Source of the DNA: Pocillopora damicornis
Taxonomy: Eukaryota
Length of the DNA stretch: 64,000 bases
Direction: 5' to 3'
Assembly (NCBI RefSeq): GCF_003704095.1
Contig: NW_020845038.1
Coordinates: 62,001-126,000 of the forward strand
Shown here: one piece after another, positions 47,830-60,600 of the stretch
Numbering within the stretch: the stretch's first letter is position 1
Layout of the letters: each line of letters opens with the position of its first letter
Program-made: the position numbers and the translations under genes
The notes under the pieces: generated by a model
Told to the model about the DNA's origin: nothing
Database searches by the model: none
The model's input: the letters and a program-made list of their open reading frames with translations, nothing else

Positions 47830-49060
47830 CTTGGATCTTACATCAACGGACTAAGATGAAATGCACGTCCGCCACGTTGGCGTCCAACATCGTTATTTTA
47901 AACCAACAGATTTTCTGGGAAGTAACGAATAAAAGTCACACGGTTGATAAATAGCAGAAGCGTTAATTTTAATCAGATACAGAAACCAAACTGGGGTTCC
48001 TCCTGTGAGAGCATATTTCGGTCTCTGAAGAATTTAAGCGAACATGTTCGCTTATCCTCCCTTGACAGCTTAGCTCACCATATGTCACGGAGAGCGAGTA
48101 ACGAAGCCATTTGTAACACAAACTCAAGCAAATTCATGCTAAATAAAATTACCATTTATTATGGAATTACGCGGCATTTTTTAAAGAGTAATAACAAACA
48201 GCCCACATGAATACAACATCAGCGCTTTCCTTTATTCTCTCATTCACGTGTAGTTATTTTACACAGGACTTTCCATTTCATTTCAGCTACACTATTTACA
48301 ACTGCAACACATATCACGATTACCAAAATCGGTCTTGCATTCTTACATGTACTCTTCTTGCTACACTTAAAACTGGTAAAAAACATAAATCTTTAAAAGG
48401 AAATGCCTGATTCCCAGGAAACTAAAATTTTATCTTCATCAATTACAAACTCATATACCAAAGCACTGCTATGGTGAACTTTCATAGTTATTGCTGTCAG
48501 AGTTTTCTATTATTTTTTTTTTTTGCGATATTTTTTACTGTTCTTTTGTTTGTTTCGATTTTTCTCTATTTTCCGTAAATTGTTAGCAACGACGCCCTGG
48601 CGCCCACAAAATAGAAAAATAGAGTCATTCAATAGATAAAAAATAAACAAAAAAATATTTTGAATTGTTAGGGACGCCCACAAGTTAAAAACAAGAGTTG
48701 TCAAAAAGACAAATTGTAGATAAAAAAATATTTCAAAGCCGCATTAATAGTGCAAACGTCTCTAGACAACTGTCTACACTGTCCTCGGTGTCTGAGAAAG
48801 TCAATCACAACACTTAAGGGACGTTTGTAACACAAAGTAATCTTAAACGACTCCCATTCATTCAAGGTACGTCACCTACATAAACGTGGCTCCTAGAAAG
48901 GGATGTTCATTGTGGAAGATAACGTACAAATATTATTATAGGCACAAAAGAAATTTACTTCCTGTTACTGTAACAGTGTTCCACAGCATTATCTCAACAA
49001 CACAAATCTAAGAGAGCACCTTTGCCGCAACATTGATGTCCTCCAAGCCTTCACTGAGTC

Positions 49061-51680
49061 TTAATCTTCCTCGTATACCGCAGTGTATTTCTTTTTCAGC
49101 CCTTCAATAGCGAGCTTGGCTGCTGTAGCTTTAGCAATCTTCATGTTCGGTCCCTTTCCATTGTACTCTCCCCAGTGCACTCTCAGAGTGCACTGGATCT
49201 TACCATCTTCAAGGGTCTTCGCTTTCCTGGAGAAAACGAGAAAAAAAACACGAAAATCTGCTAAATTAAATCGCGCCACAACCGCAGTTCTTTGTAATCT
49301 TTCTCAATATCTCCCTATTTCAAGGGATAATGTTGACGATTTCATGTTATGCCACACTATTTTGGCACTCTACACGTGTACATACCCATGTTTTTGGAAA
49401 GATCTGCCGCACTCGGCCACAATTTCTCTAAAGACTGCTCCTGCAATCCATAGATGTTGTTCTTGGCAAAAATGCACTCTATTACGCTCTAAAATTATTA
49501 ACACCTTTGGTGCAGTTAGTCAGAGACGTATGCGGGGAGAGTCAACCAACCATCAAAAATCTTAACCTTGAACTGTACACTCACCCAAAGTCAGCCCTCT
49601 CGTCTTTCTCGTAGACATGTCTGACGGGATTTCGCGGTATGTTCACCGAGTAATGGTCTGAATAAAAAACATAAATCAATCAATCTTTCCGGTGTTTTTC
49701 ACCAGGTTCAGGTTCCTTGTAAACATGTCTGATGGGATTTCGCAATATGTTCACTGAGTAATGATCTGAATTGAAAACTTAATATCAATCAATATTTGTA
49801 GTATTTTTTTTCTTGGTTCGTTATTCAACGGCGTTCCTTCTCACTCTGGATTTGAGGGTTGAATGCTTCAACGCCATGCTGAGTATACTTTCTCTGACTC
49901 ATTCTCACTCCTTTTCCAGCTTATTGCGAGAAAAACAACCTCGGAGCTTTCTACTAATAAGACTTTTCCCAAGAGGTGGGTGGCGATGGCCAACTTACCG
50001 ATGTAGGGTTTCATCATGCGGTAGTACACACCCCAGGTTTTAGTCAAATCCATACCGCTGTCCAAAAATATCGCGCCTGCTACTGATTCAAAGATGTCAC
50101 CAAGAACTTTAGGCGCCTCGATTCCTTCTTCTTCCTCCTCAGACACGATAATAAATGGGTCAGCGGTGACCTGCCAAAGACAGACTTTTAATAAATCAAC
50201 TGGAGAAAATATTCGTTAACGCTTTGGTCCATGAAAATAATTAGCACTTAATTTCTCCTTATTAAAACAGCCCTGGATCACACGTTGAGAATAAAGGAAA
50301 CGTCTCTATCACCAACTAAAGAGGCTCTTGATTGTTACACAAATTCTCCTTGTCAGCACTTTAGGAAATGTATGGAAGACAGAATGGAGAATAAGAAAAC
50401 TGATGTAGAGGATTAAAGAATAAAGTTCACCCTACCGTTTGAAGCTGATTATCTTTCCTCTCTTCTGCCTCATCTTCCACTCTGTCAATAAAGTTCTTCA
50501 CTGTTTGGAACCACTTTGGAGACATATGCTTCAGATACTTGTGGTAGTTGTGTTCTACGGCAAGGGTGGCAAAGATGTTATTGTTCACCAAGGCCTGTCG
50601 TATATCGGTCAGTTCCCCTGGTGACAAGTTGACGTGACGGAAGTACAAATGTTGCGTGACCAAAAAGTCCAGCAGGGCATCGCCGAGGAACTCGAGTCTT
50701 TCATAACTTGGCGTGACACGGTTTTCGTGGTAAGACGCATGAGTTAGTGCCTCTACCAAATACAACTTTTGTTGGAAAGTGTACGAGATTGATTCGTTTT
50801 CAAAGTTTTCCAGGCCAGAAGTGAGGCGGAAAACCATATCTCCTTTACCTTGCGCAACTGTTATTTTTGTCTGATCTTGCCAAAATCTAGCATAGCAACC
50901 CGATTTGCTATTCTCCGCCTGCAAATCATTGCCGTCGTTGGTGCCAATTTCAGGTAAAACTTTTAGCCCCAGAAACTTCATAAATCGCAACGCACCAAGG
51001 TAACCACAGGATATTAAATACGCTCCGATCAGTCCTTCGATGCTGTCAGCTATGGACTTGTCCGCAATCTTTTGAGTGTTGCATTTCTGGCGCGCATGCT
51101 CTGTAGCAGTAAGTTTTGTCTCCTTTCCCCTCTCTAAGGTCTCGTCAACTTCCATTGCCTCGACTGTGTCCCCGCTGTCAACTTCCATGGCTGGGCTACC
51201 TGTGGTGCGATTCGGTGGTACGTCGCCAAACTGACATCCCGTAGGACACCAAACGTTGCGAGCCAACTGCGTGCTCTGGAGATACTCGCCCAGAGATTTC
51301 TTGGCCGCTGCTCGGTACAACGCTAAATTACTAATCTGGTTTTTCTTACGCCGGGTCAGCTTGCCTTCGTCTTTATCGCTGTATGTGCAGAAGAGATGAA
51401 TGGACACGGCCAGCTTCAGAAATGAGTCCCCAAGCATCTCCAGCCTCTCCAGATTAAATGCATCTACGCTGTGGGTGGTGGTAATAGCTTGAAGAACGAG
51501 AAAGGAGTCGGGGTGGTTAGCAGATGGTGGACTGTAACGGAACATCGACCTGATGTCGGAGAAAAGTGCATCCTCGTCTTCCAGGTCCAAAGCATCGCCT
51601 TCAACCTCCATGGGCGCCTCTCTTGAGCCCTCTTCAGCTCCAATGGGAGGGAGAATTGATTCATCTGTTGTGTCGCGTAC
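49061..51680 (-). CDS. DICER: Dicer-like endoribonuclease, fragment C (3' exons: RNase IIIa, RNase IIIb, dsRBD, stop); probably the 3' half of copy A
   Basis: Exons (gap)51680-50436, 50170-49999, 49657-49585, 49226-49061. [79 protein letters not shown]. Confidence 0.93.
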
Positions 51681-51780
51681 NNNNNNNNNNNNNNNNNNNN
51701 NNNNNNNNNNNNNNNNNNNNNNNNNNNNNNNNNNNNNNNNNNNNNNNNNNNNNNNNNNNNNNNNNNNNNNNNNNNNNNNN

Positions 51781-52886
51781 ATGCAACACTCAAATGATAG
51801 CGGACAAGTCCATAGCTGACAGCATCGAAGGACTTATCGGAGCGTATCTAATATCCTGTGGTTATCTTGGTGCGTTGCGATTTCTGAAGTTTCTGGGGCT
51901 AAAAGTTTTACCTGAAGTTGACGTCAACGTCGACATTGATCCGCGGGCGGAGAATAGTAAATCGGGTTGCTATGCCAGATTTTGGCCGGATCAGACAAAA
52001 ATAACAGCAGCGCAAGGTAAAGGAGATATGGTTTTCCGCCTCACTTCTGGCCTGGAAAACTTTGAAAACGAATCAATCTCGTACAATTTCCAGCACAAGT
52101 TGTATTTAGTAGAAGCGCTAACCCACGCGTCCTACCACGAAAACCGTGTCACGCCAAGTTACGAAAGACTCGAGTTCCTCGGCGATGCTCTGTTGGACTT
52201 TTTGGTCACGCAACATTTGTACTTCCGTCACGTCAACTTGTCACCTGGAGAACTGACCGATATACGACAGGCCTTGGTGAATAATAACATCTTTGCCACC
52301 CTTGCCGTAGAACACAGTTACCACAAGTATCTGAAGCATATGTCTCCAAAGTGGTTCCAAACGGTGAAGAACTTTGTTGACAGAGTAGAAGATGAGGCAG
52401 AAGAGAGGAAAGATAATCAGCTTCAAACGGTAGGGTGAACTTTATTCTTTAATCCTTTACATCAGTTTTCTTATTCTCCATTCTGTCTTCCATACATTTC
52501 CTGAGGTGCTGACAAGGAGAATTTGTTGAACGATCAAGAGCTTCTTTAGTTGGTGATGGAGACGTTTCCTTTACTCTCGTGACCTTAACATGTGATTCAG
52601 GGCTGATATCGTAAGGAGAAATTAGGTGCTAATTACTCTCATGGGCCAGAGGGTTTAATGAATATTTTCTCCAGTTGATTTATAAGGTATGTTTCTTCGT
52701 TAACAATTATTTGGCAGGTCACCGCTGACCCATTTATTATCGTGTCTAAAGAAGAAGAAGGAATTGAGGCGCCTAAAGTTCTTGGTGACATCTTTGAATC
52801 AGTAGCAGGCGCGATATTTTTGGACAGCGGTATGGATTTGACTAAAACCTGGGGTGTGTACTACCGCATGATGAAACCCTACATCG
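51781..52886 (+). CDS. DICER: Dicer-like endoribonuclease, fragment D (end of RNase IIIa, RNase IIIb) between gaps; probably the continuation of copy B
   Basis: Exon parts 51781-52429 and 52718-52886; [33 protein letters not shown]; distinct from C and E ([13 protein letters not shown] linker). Confidence 0.9.
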
Positions 52887-54653
52887 GTAAGTTGGCCATC
52901 GCCACCCGCGAGGGTGGATCAACCTCCCATCCTTAAAAGCCTTATCAGCGGAGAGCTCCGAAGTTTTTTTCGCAATAAGCAAGGAAAGGAGTGAGAATGA
53001 GTCAGAGAAAGTACATTCAGCATGGAGTTTAAGAATTCAACCCTAGCTATCAACTCCAAAGTGTAAAGGAAGGCNNNNNNNNNNNNNNNNNNNNNNNNNN
53101 NNNNNNNNNNNNNNNNNNNNNNNNNNNNNNNNNNNNNNNNNNNNNNNNNNNNNNNNNNNNNNNNNNNNNNNNNNAAATCTTTATAATTACCCTGACATCA
53201 CTATGCATATTCTCCATACTGTTCTCTATATATTTCCTAAGGTTCTGATAAGGAGAATTTGTTGAACAATCAACAGCTTCTTTAGTTGTTGATCATTTTC
53301 TATATTCTTGTTACCTTAATGGTTGATTCAGGCTGGCGTAATATTTTAAGAAGGAATTGGATGCTAGTCACTCTGAGGGTCAAAGAGNNNNNNNNNNNNN
53401 NNNNNNNNNNNNNNNNNNNNNNNNNNNNNNNNNNNNNNNNNNNNNNNNNNNNNNNNNNNNNNNNNNNNNNNNNNNNNNNNNNNNNNNNNNNNNNNNNNNN
53501 NNNNNNNNNNNNNNNNNNNNNNNNNNNNNNNNNNNNNNNNNNNNNNNNNNNNNNNNNNNNNNNNNNNNNNNNNNNNNNNNNNNNNNNNNNNNNNNNNNNN
53601 NNNNNNNNNNNNNNNNNNNNNNNNNNNNNNNNNNNNNNNNNNNNNNNNNNNNNNNNNNNNNNNNNNNNNNNNNNNNNNNNNNNNNNNNNNNNNNNNNNNN
53701 NNNNNNNNNNNNNNNNNNNNNNNNNNNNNNNNNNNNNNNNNNNNNNNNNNNNNNNNNNNNNNNNNNNNNNNNNNNNNNNNNNNNNNNNNNNNNNNNNNNN
53801 NNNNNNNNNNNNNNNNNNNNNNNNNNNNNNNNNNNNNNNNNNNNNNNNNNNNNNNNNNNNNNNNNNNNNNNNNNNNNNNNNNNNNNNNNNNNNNNNNNNN
53901 NNNNNNNNNNNNNNNAGTTTGACCCTTTCACTTCTAAGATCTCTCCTGATTGTGTGCCAAACCTTCCTAAAAAATTTCAACCCTGAGAATCTGTGTTAAA
54001 TTTCAAAACATTGCCTGCCTCATTATTTTTCTCTTTAATCAGCTCCTTCATATTTTGAATTGTAATGCTATTGTGAAGAGAAACTTGTTTTGGTTTGCTC
54101 TTAACACTAAAAGGTGAAATGGAATCCTCTATCATAGTAACAGTAATAACATCAATAACAATATTTGATGGCACTAATATTAATGATAGTGGTGCTAATA
54201 ATAAAAATATTGATGATAATAATAGTACCATAATGATTAAAATCATTACAGTAGGAAATTTAACAACAATAAAAATGATAACGATGATAACAACACCTAT
54301 AATAATGTCTCAGGAGGAGATCAATATTTAGAGGACATCTTAAACTTCTATAGCTATCTCCTCATTCAATCAAGAAATGGCTTTTGGTTGAAGAACAAAT
54401 CTTAAGAGTGAAAAGATCAAACATGGTTACACCTGCTACCCAGCTTGACCCTGAGGAAGATTTAGCCAACTGTTAAAAATAACCATGTGCGAGGTTAATT
54501 TTTGTTTTTCTGTTAATCCCTACATGCTCAAAAGTCTGAGCTCTTGAATTGGATCTTCCTTGAAATCTGTTTTCTGAATTCAATGTGCAAGAGTGATTTT
54601 TGGATGCCACTCTGCAAAACAGCTGGGTGATCCTCAGTTTGCTTATTTTGCAG

Positions 54654-57600
54654 CATCTGAAGAGGAGAAGACCCTCTGTGCCATTGTCTTTGTTGAAAAA
54701 CGATACACAGCACTGATCCTCAGCAAACAGCTTAACATGGCTGCCAAACTAGATCAGGAGCTCTCATTCATCAAAAGTGACTTTGTGATTGGTCACGGCA
54801 CAGGTGCAAGGGTTAGCTACTCCAGTAACACAGAGATGAATTTTAAGAAACAGGAGGAAGTGCTGCGCAAGTTCAGAAATGACAAGAAAAGACATGAATT
54901 CAATGTGCTGATAGCCATCTCTGTTGTTGAGGAGGGATTAGATATTCCCAAGTGTAATGTTGTCTGCAGGTTTGATTTCCCAAAGAATTATTGCTCCTAT
55001 GTACAGTCAAAGGGCAGAGCTCGTGCCAAAGGTTCCAAGTACTACATGCTGGTGGATGAAAAGGAGCAAGTGGAAAAAGTGAATGAATTGGAGGTACATA
55101 TTTTAAAGTAATAAAGTCAGTAATAATCCATACCTACTCTGGTGATTGTCATTGATAATGTTTAGCTGAGGATGCAGAGCACCAGACTGCTGTGTGGGAG
55201 ATAGAGGGTTCAAGCCCCAGACTGCTTACCGACTCTCAGGGTCTTAGAATAGCTAAGGACTGTGCTGCCTTTGCTATGATGTCTGCAAATGGTTAGACAT
55301 TCTACTCTACTCGTAGAAGGATCATAAGCCATGAGCCCCATCTTCTGCATCTCCTCTCTACTGGTTAGCAGGGGATGTTGATGAACCCATGCATTTCTCA
55401 CAAAGAATAGGGAACATATATGTTCGATTCCTCATGGGGACTCAGAATTTTTTCTTTGTCCCACACTTGTGACAAAGCAAAAAAACATCTTCTCTATAGA
55501 TGTCATTGTTATAGTCTGGCCTTTTGATTTTTTACCAGGCTGCCTTTTAAAGCAGCTTCAAGCTGAACTGGGAAAGCTAATTTAAATATCATAAATAAAT
55601 ACATAACCTGGTGGAATTACTGTAAGGAATGTTAATTATTCTTCTTCTTAATGTTCATGACTTATTCCCTAGATGTTGCGTGCTATTGAGGAAATCTTGT
55701 TGGAAAGATGCCATGATCGGCTGGAGCCAACTGTGGAGGAGTGTAATGAGTCAGTAGACACAGATTTATTGCCACCGTACATACCAGTAAATGGAAAGGG
55801 AGCTAGAGTAACTATGAGCAGTAGTGTTGCTCTACTTTCAAAGTAAGTGCAAAGAATTTATTAACTTTGAATTGTGATGAAAATTTGAGATGATTGGTTG
55901 ACTTGTGTATCGTTAAGTAATGTGGTTGTAAAAAGGGAAGATTTGCCTTTTACGGGTAACACACTGGGGCTCCTACTGTGAAAAGGGGTGATTTGTATTT
56001 ATTATAAGTATTGCTGTAAAGCTGACTGTTTGCTTCCCCACAAAACTCAAGATCACCTAATAGCAACAACAAACTGATTAATAATTGATAGCTCTTCAGT
56101 ATTCTCCTTTTCTGGAGGCAACTAGTAAAATTTACTGCTTGTATTACCTCTTATTTTTCACTGAAATCACTTGGAATTCATGAAAATTCAGGACTAGGTA
56201 AAAGGATAAGTCTACCAGTTTGATAATTATTTTTACCTGTCAAGTTGAAATAAGGGAGTACACTGCCTCTTTTAAAGCTCTTACACCACATCGAAATAAA
56301 AGTTATGCTCTTTTAAATTTTTAACTTAGGGTGTAGAATATTCTTATACTTAATATGGAGAAGACTTATTACTTATAACAAACTTTATAAAACTAGAATT
56401 ATAACAATATTTCTACCTTTGTCTTGTCAGGTACTGTTCAAAGCTTCCAGGAGACCGGTTTACTCAGCCTAAGCCAGTTTACAAGGTTGAGGAAATTAGG
56501 AAATATCTGTACAGGTGTAAACTAACACTCCCAATAAACTGTCAACCACGTGAAGATATAATAGTGAGTTTGGAGGACTTCTCTTTTTTTAAATAAAGAA
56601 ATAAAAACCTTACCATAGAAATTTGCCTATTTTCACTGTCATTCTCATCTGGGCCATTGACAATGTTTATCTGTCTTCTGATTGGTTATTGGTACTTTGG
56701 TTTTGTTGTGGTGACTCTCAAATAAAACTGCTCTCATTCTTTGAACCAAGTTTCAGGGAAAAGCACTTTACTTCAAAAGGAAAATTGTTTGTTAGCTCTT
56801 GGGAATTAACCCTGTAACTCTCCATGATTCTAAAAGTAATTCTCCCAACTCACTACCATACATTTCCTTGTAAATTGGAGAGGAGAATATGGTGTTATAT
56901 CAAGACAACACTTTAAAGCTGATGAACTTATATGTTCTCATAGCCTGTTGGCTATGTAACATATTGGAATTACAAGGAGAAATTACATACTAATCGCTTA
57001 TTAGAGAGTCATCTCTGTCTGCATTTCAACAGAGTGAACCAATGCCGAGTAAGAAGCAAGCCAAGATGGCGGCTGCGCTCAAAGCCTGTGAAAGGCTTCA
57101 CACGATTGGCGAGCTTGATGATAACCTGTTACCAAAGCAGACTTTATCTGACGAGGAAAGTGATTTGGAAGAAGAAGCAGCAGCTGAGTCTGACGGAAAA
57201 AACCAAAAGCTGGAACAAAGAAGAGAAGACGACGGTACAAGAGAAAGGTCAGCAGTTGAATTTCACAATTTTGGCCTGTGACTTACTCATTAAACTATTA
57301 ACTTACATATCTCAGTAGAATGTCCCAGGCAATGTATAAGTATGAATTTGGGTGTCAGCTAGAGGGTCTGCCGCTCCTTGAGTAACAATAATCGGCCCCA
57401 TAATAATCGGTCAAATTATAGCCAACTCAGTGATCAAACGTCGGAATTACCAACTTTTTTTAGCTTTAACAAACAAGTTATTCGCTTCTAAAACGCCGTG
57501 ACTTAGTGATCATGAAACCATGAAATCAGTGTTCGAATCCTCACGTTGAACTCAAGCTTTTCCTTCGCTTCACGCTCTTGACAAATATTTACACCTTCTT

Positions 57601-60600
57601 TACCTAATGTTTTGTTCTTTTCCAGGTTCCTGAAGTATTTGTCAGCAGCTTGGTACAGGATTGTCAGCTCCAGTTCCTCACGACCATCACCATACAAGTC
57701 ACTAAACTTACTCAGCCACAAGAGTTTGTCATTAGTGAGCGACTGTTCCTCGATAAAACTTGTACGTTTGGAATGCTGACAACGAAAAGAGTTCCTTGGG
57801 TTAGTACTTGATTATTAATATTTCATGCGTTATCAGGTAACCGAATTCTGTGGAGCAATTTTCAATCCAGTGTCGCTCTGTGATTGGTCCAGAAAGCTTG
57901 CACCTTTCTATCAGCCAATCAGCTGCAAACTAAAACCAATCACCAATTTGGTTGTTTTTACTTTCAGTTCCCGCAATTCTCATTGGTTCCTAAAGGTCCA
58001 CGATTGCAGCATATAGCACTTTTACCACACACACTGTAGATGTTGCCCTACATCTTACAATGCAATTTTTTCACTCTTCAGATTCGATCGTTCAAACTCT
58101 ATCCTAACTATGGCGAAATCACAGTATCCTTGCAGTGTCACAGATCTCCTTTGCCGCGTGTAAAAATCACTAAACAAGAGTTGGACATTATTCGCGAGTT
58201 TCATCTCTTTCTCTTCAGCCACGTTCTACGCTATCCCGTGGAATTCACACCAGGAAGCGTAGATGGTTACTTCATTGTTATGTTGAAGGCTTCAGGAAGG
58301 AGTATTGACTTTGATTACATGAGAGAGGAGCTTTCGCGCGCATCCAAACAAAGCAATGGAAATCAGCGCATCGTCGTGGACGCAGTAGTAACAAAGAACT
58401 ACGTTGAATCTCCACAAAAGTACGCTGTTTTGAATGTTCGTGACGATCTGACTCCGATGTCTTCGTTCCCGGAAAAGTCGCAGGGCAACACTTACGAAGA
58501 ATATTTTCGCCTTAAATACAGAGAAAAGGGATGCATTGCGAACAAGAATCAACCTCTCGTTGAAGTGAAAGAGTTCTCCCCTAGAGTGAATTTTCTAGTG
58601 GACCGAAAACTAGGAACAAAAAACAGGCGAGATGTGATTTGTCTTGTTCCAGAGTTGTGTGACCAGAATCCCATTCGCGCTTCTCTTCTCAGCGTGTCTC
58701 AAATTCTACCATCTGTTCTTCAGCGTGTCACCTCCCTCCTCCTTGTTGCCGATCTCAAGGCCATGGTTGCCGGTGTACGCGACACAACAGATGAATCAAG
58801 TCTCCCTCCTATTGGAGCAGAAGAGGGCTCGAGAGAGGCGCCCATGGAGGTAGAAGACGATGCTTTGGACCCTGAAGAAGACGATGCGCTTTTCTCCGAC
58901 ATCAGGTCGATGTTCCATTACAGTCCACCATCTGCAGACCACCCCGGCTCCTCTCTCGTTCTTCAAGCTATTACCACCACCCACAGCGGAGATGCGTTTA
59001 ATCTGGAGAGGCTTGAGATGCTGGGGGACTCATTTCTGAAGCTGGCCGTGTCCATTCATCTCTTCTGCACATACAAGGATAAAGACGAAGGCAAGCTGAC
59101 CCAGCGGAAGAAAAACCAGATTAGTAATTTGGCGTTGTACGGAGCAGCGGCCAAGAAATCTCTGGGCGAGTATCTCCAGAGCACGCAGTTGGCTCGCGAC
59201 ATGTGGTGTCCTACGGGATGTCAGTTTGGCGACGTACTACCGAATCGCACCACAGGTAGCCCAGCCATGGAAGTTGACAGCGAGGACACGGTCGAGGCAA
59301 TGGAAGTTGACGAGACCTTAGAGAGCGGAAAGAAGACAAAACTTACTGCTACAGAGCATGCGCGCCAGAAATGCAACACGCAAATGATAGCGGACAAGTC
59401 CATAGCTGACAGCATCGAAGGACTGATCGGAGCGTATCTAATAGACTGTGGTTATCTTGGTGCATTGCGATTTATGAAGTTTCTGGGGCTAAAAGTTTTA
59501 CCTGAAGTTGAAGCAAAGGACGGCAATGATTTGCAGGCGGAGAATAACAAATCGGGTTGTTATGCCAGATTTTGGCCGGATCAGACAAAAATAACAGCAG
59601 CGCAAGGTAAAGGAGATATGGTTTTCCGCCTCACTTCTGGCCTGGAAAACTTTGAAAACGAATCAATCTCGTACAATTTCCAACAAAAGTTGCATTTGGT
59701 AGAGGCGCTAACTCACGCGTCCTACCACGAAAACCGTGTCACGCCAAGTTACGAAAGACTCGAGTTTCTCGGTGATGCTCTGTTGGACTTTTTGGTCACG
59801 CAACATTTGTACTTCCGTCACGTCAACTTGTCACCAGGGGAACTGACCGATATACGACAGGCCTTGGTGAACAATAACATCTTTGCCACCCTTGCCGTAG
59901 AACACAGTTACCACAAGTATCTGAAGCATATGTCTCCAAAGTGGTTCCAAACGGTGAAGAGCTTTGTTGACAGAGTGGAAGACGAGGCAGAAGAGAGGAA
60001 AGATAATCAGCTTCAAACGGTAGGGTGAACTTTGTTTTACAATCCTTTACATCAGTTTTCTTATTCTCCATTCTGTCCTCCATACATTTTCTAAGGTGCT
60101 GATATGGAGAATTTGTTTAACAATCAAGAGGCTCTTTCGTTGGTGATGGAGACGTTTCCTTTATTCTCGTGACCTTAACATGTGATTTAGGGCCGATATT
60201 GAAAGGAGAAATTAGGTGCTAATCACTCTCATGGGCCATGGGTTACCGCCCTTAAACAAGGCGTTGAGGCTTTATGAATATCTTCTCCAGTTGATTTATA
60301 AGGAGTATTTCTTTGGTAACACTTATTTGGCAGGTCACCGCTGACCCATTTATTATCGTGTCTGAAGAGGAAGAAGAAGGAATCGAGGCGCCTAAAGTTC
60401 TTGGTGACATCTTCGAGTCAGTAGCAGGCGCGATATTTTTGGACAGCGGTATGGATTTGTCTAAAACCTGGGATGTGTACTACCGCATGATGAAACCCTA
60501 CATCGGTAAGTTGGCCATCGCCACCAGCGAGGGTGGATCACCCTCCAATCCAGGGAAACCACCCCCCCCCCCCGGGGAAAAGCCTTATCAGTAGGAAGCT

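Noticed and set aside
51566-52438. 290-aa ORF spanning the gap
   Set aside because: Chimeric: antisense translation of fragment C joined through Ns to fragment D
53977-54331. Ile/Asn/Thr-rich ORFs on both strands
   Set aside because: Low-complexity (ATA/ATG)n-like sequence of Dicer intron 3, also at ~30660-30800 and ~40215-40390
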